Shown here piece by piece: positions 1 through 9,308 of a DNA stretch of 64,000 nt (position 1 is the stretch's first letter; every line of letters starts with the position of its first letter). Source of the stretch: a bacterium (GTDB lineage Bacteria > Desulfobacterota > Binatia > Binatales > Binataceae); assembly GCA_014896235.1 (NCBI GenBank), contig JADBKU010000028.1:83706-147705 (forward strand), in the 5' to 3' direction. Position numbers and translations under genes: made by a program. The notes below the pieces were generated by a model, which was given only the letters and a program-made list of their open reading frames with translations, made no database searches and was not told the DNA's origin.

Positions 1-25
1 TTCGTGTGGGTCAAGGGAAACTTCG

Positions 26-307
26 ATGCGGTCCAGGAGCGGCGATCAAGTGACAGGGGCTACAAGCGACGGTTCTTACCGCTACACGGTCTATTTTGAG
101 CCGCAGACCGATGGCGGCTTCGCGGTAGTGTTTCCGGCGTTTCCCGAAATCGTGACCTTCGGGCGGTCGCTCGACGAGGCGCGCTCGATGGCGCGCGACG
201 CTTTGCGCTGTCATCTGGAGGGACTCCGCAAGGACGGCGAGGCGATTCCGCTCGAGCAATCGCCGGCCGGCCAGCCGATTCGCGAAGAGGTTGTGGTGGC
301 GCTTTGA
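26..307 (+). CDS. hicB: HicB-family antitoxin (UPF0150, RNase H-like fold, no obvious DNA-binding tail)
   Basis: 93-aa ORF. YTVYFEPQTDGGFAVVFPAFPEIVTFGRSLDEA matches the HicB N-terminal domain pattern. Its stop overlaps the start of the downstream HicA-like ORF. Confidence 0.55.
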   Translation: MRSRSGDQVTGATSDGSYRYTVYFEPQTDGGFAVVFPAFPEIVTFGRSLDEARSMARDALRCHLEGLRKDGEAIPLEQSPAGQPIREEVVVAL

Positions 308-534
308 GCCCGGGGCTGCCGGTCCTCAAGGCGCGCGAGGTCGTGGCCGCGCTCGAGAGGGCCGGGTTCTTCATCCATCATTCGACGGGCAGCCACGTCC
401 AGTTGAAGCATCGAGACCGTCCCGAGCTTCGAATCACCATCCCCTATCATTCTGGTGATTTGCCGCGCGGCACGCTCCGAACAATTATTCGGCAGGCGGA
501 CCTCACCGTCGAGCAGTTTTCCGCGCTCCTGTAA
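304..534 (+). CDS. hicA: HicA-family toxin (mRNA interferase, YcfA-like)
   Basis: 76 aa. HicA-like core (HHSTGSHVQLKH, ITIPYHSGDLPRGTLRTIIRQA). TTG start overlaps the hicB stop by 4 nt. Confidence 0.55.
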   Translation: MSPGLPVLKAREVVAALERAGFFIHHSTGSHVQLKHRDRPELRITIPYHSGDLPRGTLRTIIRQADLTVEQFSALL

Positions 535-624
535 ATCCGCCGCCTGAAACTCCGGTTCGCTTAGAGGACCAGGGCGAGTCGCCCGTGCTTCCGTTTCGAG
601 TTACGCGAAACGCCGATCGAGATA

Positions 625-1155
625 TCAAATGAAGTTCCCCATTTTATTGTTGTGTGACTGGTTTGGGAAAAACCTTAAAAGCAATGCCTCCAGGTTATGG
701 CGCAATCGCTTTGAATCGACTTGATAAGCGCTCAGATGAGTAGCTATGTCCTTGTACTTGGGATGATGTTTATTCGCCAACTTGGGACCCCGGCGCACAG
801 GAAAATTACATCTTCTATTAAGCGCTTGATTGAGCTCGGTCCTGAGATCCAGCGCTTGACCGAGATAGACGACGCTGCCCGACGAGTCGAACAAAGCATA
901 GATTCCCGGAACGCGTGGTATTGAACCTTGACGGTTTTCCAATTCTTCCACCTCAACAAGCGGAATCACGTCCCATTCGAATGCATGGCGCGTCGCTCCC
1001 AAGAGCGCCTTTTTCTGCGGAATTCTTGCCCCCGACAAATACGCATTAACATTTGTTGCCTTCTTTCCTATACGCTGCGCAAACTTCTTGCCTTTGAGTT
1101 CAAGCAGGCTCGAAAGTAGATTTAGAAACTCCACATTCTTCGGTTTTCTTGGCAT
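625..1155 (-). CDS. HTH (XRE-like) plus GIY-YIG nuclease domain protein (UvrC N-terminal-like)
   Basis: 176 aa. N-terminal helix-turn-helix (FAQRIGKKATNVNAYLSGARIP). C-terminal PGIYALFDSSGSVVYLGQALDLRTEL then LRHNLEALLLRFFPNQ, which resembles the UvrC/Cho GIY-YIG domain (PGVYRMYD..VIYVGKAKDLKKRL...EALLLEnnlI..P.YN). The gene sits in a roughly 48% GC islet within a roughly 68% GC background. Confidence 0.55.
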   Translation of the reverse strand: MPRKPKNVEFLNLLSSLLELKGKKFAQRIGKKATNVNAYLSGARIPQKKALLGATRHAFEWDVIPLVEVEELENRQGSIPRVPGIYALFDSSGSVVYLGQALDLRTELNQALNRRCNFPVRRGPKLANKHHPKYKDIATHLSAYQVDSKRLRHNLEALLLRFFPNQSHNNKMGNFI

Positions 1156-1318
1156 AATTGGAGTACCTTTCTTCCGTCGTCCGTCTTAACATTCAAAGAA
1201 TGCAATATGCGTCCTGCGCGGCGGAAGGCTTTGGCTATTCGCCAGCGCCGTTCCCTCGCGCCGGGCTGCGCCTGATACCCTCGTATGCCCATATCCGCAA
1301 TTTTCGTGCGGTGGAACG

Positions 1319-2617
1319 TTATCCCGAGGTTTGGACCGACACCACAGGCACGCGTTCGGACGGCCGCACCAGACGCCAGTACAATAGCGCCGCGAGCAGC
1401 ATGATAGCCGCTGAAACCGCCCATACCGCAGGGATTCCGTGAACGTCGGCGAACGCGCCCGTGGATAGCAGCCCTGTCGCCGCGCCCAGCGTCGCGAACG
1501 TGCTGTTGAACGAGAGCATCGTGGCGCGATCTGACGAACCAATTTCCTCGTTGAACCAGCTCTGCGCCATCGGGAGCAAGGCGCCGATCCCCAGATTCAT
1601 CGCGACGAAGCATGCGAGCGCCGCATTGGTTCGTCCGGAGGCGAGCCATGCGGCCGCGAAGGCGATGGCTATCGTCAGCGCGGTCGCGGTCAGCATCCGC
1701 GCCCGCGCCATCGGAGCGAACCCGATTCGTACGACCGCTTCCGCCCCGGCCATCCGCGCGACCGTGAAGAGCGCGTAAATCCAGCCGACGATCCATGGTC
1801 CTATCCGGTAGGCGTCGGCGAAGAATTGCGGCCACTCCAGCCATGACGGCGCCCACGCGGCGAAAAAAGCGCCATTGGCAAGGCTCAGGATAAAAATCGC
1901 ACGGCTGGCGAAGCCCGCGCGAAAGCCGCGGCTAATACGTCTCGCCACGGTCGTGACGACCGCCTCATGCGGCCGATGCAAAGTCCGGGCGCGCCGCGGC
2001 TCTCTCATCATCAGCCGGCCCGCCGCCGCGCTCACGAGGTAGCCGGCGGCTCCCAGCAGCCACGGCCACGCCAAGTTGTAACTGCCGACCCACGCGCCGA
2101 CGATCGCGGACAGCATGAAGCCAAGGTTGGTGAACTGCGAAATGCGGGAGAAGAGCCGGTCTTTCAAACCGGTGAAGCCGGCGGCGTCGAGCGCGTCGAC
2201 GCCCCACGCATCGATCGCGCCGTTGCAGAAGGTTGTGCCGACGCCGTCGATCGCTTCCGCCGCTAGGAAGACGACGTAGCGATGCGCGAAAAAGTAGAGC
2301 ATGAACGCTGACGCCCGCAGCAGGCATCCGAGGACGAACGCGCGGCGGCGGCCGAAGGCGTCGGCGAAGGCGCCGGTCGGCACGTCGGTCAAAAAGGTGA
2401 CGGCGAAATAAGTCGCGAGCACGCTGTTCATCTCGAACTGCGAAAGCCCACGCGAACGCAGAAAGAGCGGATAGACGCCGTAGAGAAAGCCGCCGCCGAA
2501 GGCGTAAATCGTCCAGACCGAATAGTAGCGGCGGATTATCGATGTGGCGGCGGGCGCCTGTACATATCCAATTTGACCGTCCGCTTTGCGCGGCGCGATT
2601 TTCCCGCGGGTCGTCAT
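1319..2617 (-). CDS. MFS transporter
   Basis: 432 aa, about 12 predicted hydrophobic segments, typical MFS loop motifs (GAFADAFGRRRAF). Confidence 0.6.
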   Translation of the reverse strand: MTTRGKIAPRKADGQIGYVQAPAATSIIRRYYSVWTIYAFGGGFLYGVYPLFLRSRGLSQFEMNSVLATYFAVTFLTDVPTGAFADAFGRRRAFVLGCLLRASAFMLYFFAHRYVVFLAAEAIDGVGTTFCNGAIDAWGVDALDAAGFTGLKDRLFSRISQFTNLGFMLSAIVGAWVGSYNLAWPWLLGAAGYLVSAAAGRLMMREPRRARTLHRPHEAVVTTVARRISRGFRAGFASRAIFILSLANGAFFAAWAPSWLEWPQFFADAYRIGPWIVGWIYALFTVARMAGAEAVVRIGFAPMARARMLTATALTIAIAFAAAWLASGRTNAALACFVAMNLGIGALLPMAQSWFNEEIGSSDRATMLSFNSTFATLGAATGLLSTGAFADVHGIPAVWAVSAAIMLLAALLYWRLVRPSERVPVVSVQTSG

Positions 2618-4045
2618 CGTTTAGACTTGAAGGGGCGCAAATTTTTCGCGCCGCTTGAATTGAACGCCTCCGATTACTCCCTTGCCGGCGGCGGACCGGC
2701 CAAGCCGACCGCACCCCGGCCGCTCGGGCCGATCACGCGCGCCCATCGTTTCGCCAGCGTGATATGGCTGGCCGCGCGCATCTACGCGCCCTACAAGGCG
2801 ATCCAGCTATGGTCGCGGCTTGCGGGCGACGCGAAAAAAGAGGCCCGCTATCGCCGTCAGGACGCGCGCGCGACGCGGGCGCTCTATAACGCCTCGGTCC
2901 GGCTGGAAGGCCTGCTGATCAAGGCGAGCCAGTTTATCGCAACGCGGGCCGATATTCTGCCCGACGAATGGATCAATACGCTCGGCCAATTGCACGATCG
3001 CGTGCCGGCGCGGCCGTTCCCGATAATCCGCGATCAGATCGAACGGGAGCTTGGCCGCCCGCTCGCGAATGCATTCGCCGAATTCGACGAGACGCCGATC
3101 GCGGCCGCCTCGCTCGCCCAGGTGCATCGCGCGGTCGCGCGCGACGGCCGGCGATGCGCGGTCAAAGTACAGTATCCGCAAATCGAGTCGATCGTAGCCG
3201 CGGACCTGCGCAACCTGACCTTCACACTGCGGCTTTTGGCTTTAATCGAACGAGAATTCGACTTTCGTCCGCTAGCGCGCGAACTCCTGAAGTACATCCC
3301 GATGGAGCTCGACTTCCTCAACGAGGCTCGCAACTGCGAAACGATCGCGCGCAACTTCGCGGCCGACGACGCGGTCGTGGTGCCGCGCGTCTATCACGAT
3401 CTGACGACGCGGCGCGTGCTCACGATGGAACTCGTCGACGGAATCAAAGTGACCGACGTCGCCGCGCTGGAGCGCGCGGGAATCGACAAGCGCGCGGTGG
3501 CGCAAAAGCTGATCGAGATTTTCACGGAACAGATCCTGCGCGACGGTTTTTTCCACGCCGACCCGCATCCGGGGAATATCCTGGTGCAGCCGGGGCCGCG
3601 GATCGTGCTGCTCGACTTCGGTCTGGCGAAAGATTTTCCGCCGGTTTTCCGCGACGCGATGGTGCGGCTGACGTTCGCGATTCTTACGTCGAATCGCGAC
3701 GCGATCGTCGCCGCGTTCCGCGAACTTGGGTTTCGCACGCGCGACGAGTCGCCGGAAACGCTGCTGACGCTCGCCAGCGTTTTCCTCGGCAACAGCATCA
3801 AGCGCAATCGCGCCTACGCCGACGCCGCGCTGATCAAGGAATTTTCCGAAGAGCTGCCGCGCGCGCTGCGCGCCAATCCGATCGTCGAGGTTCCCGCTGA
3901 CGTATTGCTGGTGAATCGCGTGCTGGGCCTGATGAGCGGGCTGGGCAAGACGCTGGATTCGCAGGTTAATCTGATGGCGACGCTGATGCCCTACGCGACC
4001 CGCCTGATGGCGAAGACTTCGGCCGGGTCGGCGGGGCGGGAATGA
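2573..4045 (+). CDS. ABC1/UbiB-family atypical protein kinase
   Basis: Conserved ABC1 motifs: AAASLAQVHRA, kinase-like HADPHPGNILV and LLDFGLAKD. The 5' end overlaps the divergent MFS start, so the true start is probably an alternative start codon further downstream. Confidence 0.6.
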   Translation: MTVRFARRDFPAGRHRLDLKGRKFFAPLELNASDYSLAGGGPAKPTAPRPLGPITRAHRFASVIWLAARIYAPYKAIQLWSRLAGDAKKEARYRRQDARATRALYNASVRLEGLLIKASQFIATRADILPDEWINTLGQLHDRVPARPFPIIRDQIERELGRPLANAFAEFDETPIAAASLAQVHRAVARDGRRCAVKVQYPQIESIVAADLRNLTFTLRLLALIEREFDFRPLARELLKYIPMELDFLNEARNCETIARNFAADDAVVVPRVYHDLTTRRVLTMELVDGIKVTDVAALERAGIDKRAVAQKLIEIFTEQILRDGFFHADPHPGNILVQPGPRIVLLDFGLAKDFPPVFRDAMVRLTFAILTSNRDAIVAAFRELGFRTRDESPETLLTLASVFLGNSIKRNRAYADAALIKEFSEELPRALRANPIVEVPADVLLVNRVLGLMSGLGKTLDSQVNLMATLMPYATRLMAKTSAGSAGRE

Positions 4046-4165
4046 TTCGCGCCGCCGCGCCGCGACACGCAGGCTAATACTCGCTTTACGAAGCGGCGGG
4101 CCTCGCTTAGCCTCAAAAGTTCAGCGCGCAGGCTGTCATCGGCCGCGCGGCCACGGAGGCTACTG

Positions 4166-5347
4166 ATGTCTGAACGGCAGGCGAAACTGCTCGCGCTCGC
4201 GGGCGAACTGGCCGACGACTTCGCGACCCGCGCGGCGCGGCATGATCGTGAGGCGAGCTTTCCGGTCGAAAACGTCGAACGGATGAAAGAGACCGGCTAC
4301 ACCGCGCTGGTGATCCCGGAGCGCAACGGCGGCTTGGGCGCGGATTTGATCGACTACGCGCTCTGCCAGGAGCGGCTCGCGCAGGGATGCGCGGCGACGG
4401 CGCTCTCGATCAACATGCATCTGTTCGGAATCGGCAGCATGGTCGAGCGTTCGGCGGGCGGCCCGCGCGACGAAATGTTCTTCGACCTCATCGGACGCCA
4501 TCGCCGGATTATCGGCGGCGGCATCAGCGAGCCTGAAACCGGCGGCGATTGGGGCTATTTCGCGACGCGGGCGCGGCGCGACGGCGATCGCTGGGTGCTC
4601 AACGGCCGCAAGGTGTTCACGAGCCTCTCGCCAGTGATCGACATTTTCATGGTGATGGCGACGCTCGAAGACGAATCCGGCCCGCCGGCGAGCGCGACTT
4701 TCGCCGTCCCGCGCGGCGCGCCCGGCGCGGAGATCGTCGAGACCTGGGACACCATGGCGATGCGGGCGACTGCCAGCCACGATCTGATTCTGAAGGACGT
4801 GCGTTTGGGCGAAGCCGCGATGTCGGAGCGGCGGCCGATCGGGCCGATCGACGAAGCCGGCATTTCGCTGTTCGCATGGTTCGGCGTGTCGGTCGCGGCG
4901 ATCTACACGGGAATCGCAGAGGCTGCGCTCAAATTCGCACGCGAATTCGCCGGACGGCATCGCCCGATGACGCTGCCGCGGCCGATTTCATATCTGCCCG
5001 GAACGCAGTTCGCGATGGCGGAGGCGCAAGCGCTGCTCGCCCAATCACGCGCGCTTTTTTTCCAGACCGGCGCGGAGTATATGCGCGACCCGCGCTCGTT
5101 CGCGGGCGCGGAGGGCCTTGCGCGCGTGGTGATGCCCAAATACGTGGCGACCAATAACGCGGTCAGGATAGTCGATTTGTGCATGGAGATGGTCGGCGCG
5201 CACGGATTGCATCGCAAGTTCCCGCTCGAGCGCTACTATCGCGACGTGCGCGCCGGCCCCCACCATCCGCTGTCCAACGCTCGCGCGCGGGAATTGATCG
5301 GCAAAACGGCTTTAGGCGTCTCGCTGGCGGAAGCGCCCCGTTGGTGA
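4166..5347 (+). CDS. Acyl-CoA dehydrogenase family protein
   Basis: 393 aa with ACAD N-terminal, middle and C-terminal layout (FPVENVERMKETGYTALVIPE..., C-terminal YRDVRAGPHHP...). Confidence 0.65.
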   Translation: MSERQAKLLALAGELADDFATRAARHDREASFPVENVERMKETGYTALVIPERNGGLGADLIDYALCQERLAQGCAATALSINMHLFGIGSMVERSAGGPRDEMFFDLIGRHRRIIGGGISEPETGGDWGYFATRARRDGDRWVLNGRKVFTSLSPVIDIFMVMATLEDESGPPASATFAVPRGAPGAEIVETWDTMAMRATASHDLILKDVRLGEAAMSERRPIGPIDEAGISLFAWFGVSVAAIYTGIAEAALKFAREFAGRHRPMTLPRPISYLPGTQFAMAEAQALLAQSRALFFQTGAEYMRDPRSFAGAEGLARVVMPKYVATNNAVRIVDLCMEMVGAHGLHRKFPLERYYRDVRAGPHHPLSNARARELIGKTALGVSLAEAPRW

Positions 5348-5372
5348 CCGGTTCTTGCCGGTAAAATCGGCT

Positions 5373-6095
5373 TTATTTGGCGTTTGCGCCGGAAGCGCTT
5401 GCGGCCGCTCCCGATGAATTTGGGCCGCTCCGGCCAACGTTGCCGATGTCATGCCCCAGCGCGTCCGCCTTCGCGCGAACCTCGTCGGCGCTCCATTCGG
5501 CGCCGCTGGCGATTTTGTTCCCGAGCGCCCGCGCACCGTCGATGCCGGCCTTGAACCCGGCCGAAACTTGGCCGCCCGACCATTTCGCTGCATCTTCCAC
5601 GGAATCCGCAGCGCCCTTCAGCCAACTGCCGCTGCGACGGTCTCTTTCGCCCGCGGCCCGCAGCGCCATTTCGTGATAATGGCGGGCCAGGGCAAGGTCC
5701 GCCGCGGCAAAAGCCTGATTCATCGGTTCAGCCGACTTGACCTTGCCGGCTTTCATCTGCGCGGCCAGATCATCCAGCCGTTTCGCGGCGCGATCGAGGC
5801 CCGCTTTGTTCGCCGCGTCGTGGCGGCCGGCCTCCAGACGAATCAGCGCCCCCGCCGCGCGTATCTGCCGCGCCGCGCCCGCCTGATCGCCCTGCGCGTA
5901 ATCCTTGCTCGCCTGACGAAAATAAGCTTGCGGCTCGTCGATCAAGGGAATCAACACGTCTTCCTGCACGACCACCAAGCCGGCTGGCGCCTGCGCGTGG
6001 GTCGGCTTGGCGGCCGCGGCGCGAGCGGGCAATCCGCTGGATGCGATAAAAGAAAGGGCCATCGCCGCGATCAGAACATGACGCTGGGTTTTCAT
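5373..6095 (-). CDS. Hypothetical secreted Ala-rich protein
   Basis: Start set at MKTQRHVLIAAMALSFIASSG (signal peptide), preceded by GAGGTAAG SD. No recognisable domain. Confidence 0.4.
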   Translation of the reverse strand: MKTQRHVLIAAMALSFIASSGLPARAAAAKPTHAQAPAGLVVVQEDVLIPLIDEPQAYFRQASKDYAQGDQAGAARQIRAAGALIRLEAGRHDAANKAGLDRAAKRLDDLAAQMKAGKVKSAEPMNQAFAAADLALARHYHEMALRAAGERDRRSGSWLKGAADSVEDAAKWSGGQVSAGFKAGIDGARALGNKIASGAEWSADEVRAKADALGHDIGNVGRSGPNSSGAAASASGANAK

Positions 6096-6141
6096 CGACT
6101 TACCTCGTTGACCGCATCGCGATATCAAGTCGCTGAAAAGA

Positions 6142-6750
6142 CTATGGAATAAAGAGCGGCGCGAACGTTAACAAGATTATCGCAAGATCGCCCCAATTGG
6201 AACCTGACTGACGTTGATATGCCGATATTTCGGCGGATTGGTCGGGAGCGGGATAGCTTTGAGTTGACGCTATCCGATCGAAAATATCGCTGTTTGAATC
6301 CAGTTGACTACTAGACGACTTATTATTCGCATTGGCGGCGAGCAATTCAGGCCGCACCAGAATTCGATTCTGAATAGTCACTGGAGCGCCGCGGAAAGCG
6401 CGGCGCACGATATCCGCCGCGTTTTGCTTGCCTAAGGGAGTCGCAACGAAGCCATAGAGGATCGCGTTCGGATGGCCGTCCTGTTCGACCACGTTCACGC
6501 CAACCAGAGGCAGGCGATGCGTTTGCAGATAACTGGTGAGCGCTTGCGACTGCGCGGCGGGCGTCGCCGGCAACGGCGGGATCGGATTGGCGTCATCTGG
6601 CGACGGGGCCCCGGCTTGTCCGGCGGAGGCAGTCGCCGCATGCGGAGCGGCCGGCGCTCGGCCGACATCTGCCTGCTGGACGGCATGCGGCGCGCACGCG
6701 GCGAATGCCGCCGCCAGAATCAGTACGGCGAACAGGCCTGGCGGATTCAT
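6142..6750 (-). CDS. Putative lipoprotein with BON/OsmY-like domain
   Basis: Start at MNPPGLFAVLILAAAFAAC (lipobox-like) with AAGGA SD. The central segment LVGVNVVEQDGHPNAILYGFVATPLGKQNAADIVRRAFRGAPVTIQNRILV resembles a BON domain. Confidence 0.35.
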   Translation of the reverse strand: MNPPGLFAVLILAAAFAACAPHAVQQADVGRAPAAPHAATASAGQAGAPSPDDANPIPPLPATPAAQSQALTSYLQTHRLPLVGVNVVEQDGHPNAILYGFVATPLGKQNAADIVRRAFRGAPVTIQNRILVRPELLAANANNKSSSSQLDSNSDIFDRIASTQSYPAPDQSAEISAYQRQSGSNWGDLAIILLTFAPLFIP

Positions 6751-6896
6751 CGGGAGTCCTTCGCGTCCGGCAAGCGGCGCGGCCATTCCCCCCTTCCTTC
6801 CGATCGATCTTTAATCATATATGGCGCGCAGACCATATCGTTTTGGCTCAGGAGACGCCGTTACCGCCTGTGAATATCCGCAAAGCGCGCGCTGGA

Positions 6897-7778
6897 ATGA
6901 ACGCGGGCGCTCAAATAACTTTGCCTTCCGTGGCCGAATTAGCGGAAATTGAAAAGGTCGCGATGCGCGCGGCGCGTGCGGCCGCACGGGTTCATCTCAA
7001 ATGGATCAGTCGCACCAGCGTGACGCGCAAGAGCAATCCGATCGATCTGGTCACGGAGGCCGACCATGAGGCAGAGGCGACCGTGGTCGAAATGCTGCAG
7101 CGCGCCTTTCCGACCCATGCGGTGCTGGCGGAAGAAGGCCGCGGCGCCGCGCCCGGCGGAGAACATCGATGGATTGTCGATCCGCTGGACGGAACCACCA
7201 ACTTCGCCCATGGATTTCCGATGTTCTGCGTGTCGATCGCGTACGAACGGCGCGGACGGGTGCAGTTGGGCGTGGTGCTGGATGCGTTCAAGAAGGAATG
7301 CTTCGTCGCGGCGCGCGGCAAGGGCGCGCGGCTCAACAGCAAGCCGATCCGGACGAGCCGCACGCCGTCGCTCGATCTGTCGCTCCTGGCGACCGGATTT
7401 CCCTACGACCGGCGCGAACGCCGTCGCTATTATCTGGCCTTCTGGGAAGCGTTCATGATGCGTTGCCAGGGCGTCCGGCGCACCGGCTCGGCCGCGCTCG
7501 ACCTTGCGTATGTGGCGTGCGGTCGGACCGATGGCTTCTGGGAATTCGGCCTCAAGCCGTGGGACGTTGCGGCGGGCGCGCTTCTGGTCGAAGAGGCGGG
7601 CGGACACGTCAGCAACATGGACGGTTCGCGGCTCGATTTGGCGGGAGGGCGGATAATCGCCAGCAACGGCGCGATTCATCAGGAGATGATCGAAACGATC
7701 GCCGGCGCGCGGTCCGAAGCCGAGCGGCGGCATCGCGAAATGCTGGCCGAAAACGGCGGTCCGGCGGCCGCTCCGTAA
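6897..7778 (+). CDS. Inositol monophosphatase family protein (SuhB/ImpA-like)
   Basis: IMPase signatures: VTEADHEAE, WIVDPLDGTTNFAHGFP, AALDLAYVACGRTDGFWE. ATG at 6897 chosen within the longer ORF. Confidence 0.7.
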   Translation: MNAGAQITLPSVAELAEIEKVAMRAARAAARVHLKWISRTSVTRKSNPIDLVTEADHEAEATVVEMLQRAFPTHAVLAEEGRGAAPGGEHRWIVDPLDGTTNFAHGFPMFCVSIAYERRGRVQLGVVLDAFKKECFVAARGKGARLNSKPIRTSRTPSLDLSLLATGFPYDRRERRRYYLAFWEAFMMRCQGVRRTGSAALDLAYVACGRTDGFWEFGLKPWDVAAGALLVEEAGGHVSNMDGSRLDLAGGRIIASNGAIHQEMIETIAGARSEAERRHREMLAENGGPAAAP

Positions 7779-7868
7779 GCGCTCCGCGGGCCGCGTTCGC
7801 CCGCGTTGGCGGTTTCATCATGAAACTATTATGATCGCGGGAGGCGATATTCCAAGGAGTCGAATCCC

Positions 7869-8519
7869 ATGCTCAAGCTACTAGGCGCTTATGGTTCTCC
7901 GTTCGTGCGTAAGGTCAAGGTCGTTTTGGATGAAAAAGGACTTAAGTACGAACACGAACAGGTTGTACCGTTCCCGGCGACGCCGGAGTTTCGCAAAGTA
8001 AGCCCGCTCGGAAAAATTCCCGCGTTCGTGGACGGCGACAAGGCGCTGGCTGATTCTTCGATCATATGCGCTTACCTGGAAAAGACGCATCCGTCGCCCG
8101 CGCTCTACCCGTCCGATCCCTACGAATACGCGCGGGCGCTCTGGTTCGAGGAATACGGCGACAGCGGGCTTGCGCCGATCATCGGCGGCAAGATGTTCTT
8201 CAACCGGATAATCGGGCCGCGCATCATGAAGAAACCGTTCGACGACGCGCTCTATCAGCAGGCGGTCGAAAAAGATCTGCCGCCGATGTTCGACTATCTG
8301 GAAAATCAGATCGCTGGCGATTATCTGGCGGGCGGGATGTTCTCGATCGCGGACCTCGCAATCGCCACTCAATTCGTCAACTATCGCTTTGCGGGCGGCG
8401 CGCTCGACGCCTCGCGATGGCCAAAGCTGACCGCGTATCTCGAACGAACTCATGCGCGGCCGAAGTTCGCGGCGGCCATCGCGATCGAGGAGAAAATCTT
8501 CGGCGGCCGGCGCGACTAG
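7869..8519 (+). CDS. Glutathione S-transferase
   Basis: 216 aa. GST N-terminal thioredoxin-like motif (LLGAYGSPFVRKVKVVLDEKGL...VSPLGKIPAF) and C-terminal helical domain. Confidence 0.7.
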   Translation: MLKLLGAYGSPFVRKVKVVLDEKGLKYEHEQVVPFPATPEFRKVSPLGKIPAFVDGDKALADSSIICAYLEKTHPSPALYPSDPYEYARALWFEEYGDSGLAPIIGGKMFFNRIIGPRIMKKPFDDALYQQAVEKDLPPMFDYLENQIAGDYLAGGMFSIADLAIATQFVNYRFAGGALDASRWPKLTAYLERTHARPKFAAAIAIEEKIFGGRRD

Positions 8520-8679
8520 CTTAACGCATCCTATTGCCGACATTGATATCCAAGTCCTGCGCAAGGCGGCCATGGCTTCATTTGATCAACGCCGCGTGTG
8601 GTTTTCTTGATCCCCCCAGTTGTGCGATCGCAAGAGGAAGCTTAAAATTGACGATGAATCGATAAGCGCCCGATTTGCA

Positions 8680-9057
8680 ATGCACGCTGCGTCAAAGTTG
8701 TTCCGCGGTATCCTTGTTGTTCTCCTCTGCCTTCTCGACATAGCCATCGCAAATGCGGGGTATGCGCCACAACCACGCCTGGCGCAAATCGATCGCACAG
8801 CCACTCATTACTCCCAACCGAGAGTTATTTGCGACAACGCCGGAGATGCGCTGACCTCGGTCGAACGCACGCGGGCGGGGCGGACTCCAGCGCAACGCAG
8901 CCCTTTACAGATGATCACGCGGCCGCCGACCATCGGTTGCCGCCTCACGCCTGAAATCACCGCACTCGCGATCGCCGCGGCAGTGTTACGCCGCCAAACC
9001 GTATCGCACCGACTGATTCGCCGACCGCTTGACGACGGTTCGGCCGCACTAGCCTAA
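8680..9057 (+). CDS. Hypothetical small secreted protein (doubtful)
   Basis: ORF with N-terminal hydrophobic signal-like segment (MHAASKLFRGILVVLLCLLDIAIANA), no domain. It lies in a roughly 790 bp leader upstream of the RND operon and may be non-coding. Confidence 0.2.
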   Translation: MHAASKLFRGILVVLLCLLDIAIANAGYAPQPRLAQIDRTATHYSQPRVICDNAGDALTSVERTRAGRTPAQRSPLQMITRPPTIGCRLTPEITALAIAAAVLRRQTVSHRLIRRPLDDGSAALA

Positions 9058-9308
9058 CCGAAGCGGCTGGCCCGTCATACGGCCGGCTTCGCGCCACAAC
9101 TTAACCGTTCACGCAAGGGATTGAGAGCGCGCGAGCGCGATCGATCCTCGGACAGCGTCTGGCGCCTCACGGCATCCAGGCGCTCGCAATGAGAACTTAC
9201 GTCGCCGCTTTTGACAGCTCGGCGACCGGCAATATGCGCAACGAAAAAATGACGGTGTCCCGGCAGCGCGGCGTCGGACGCGGCGATTCGGCCAACTGGG
9301 TTTGATCG

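Noticed and set aside
1122-1856. 244-aa minus-strand ORF overlapping the MFS transporter gene
   Set aside because: Arg/Gly/Asp-rich low-complexity translation typical of an off-frame read through a high-GC gene. The overlapping MFS frame has coherent TM topology.
2968-3900. 310-aa plus-strand ORF (Arg-rich) inside the UbiB/ABC1 kinase gene
   Set aside because: Alternative frame of a well-supported CDS. The composition (R, A, G, P runs) is non-protein-like.
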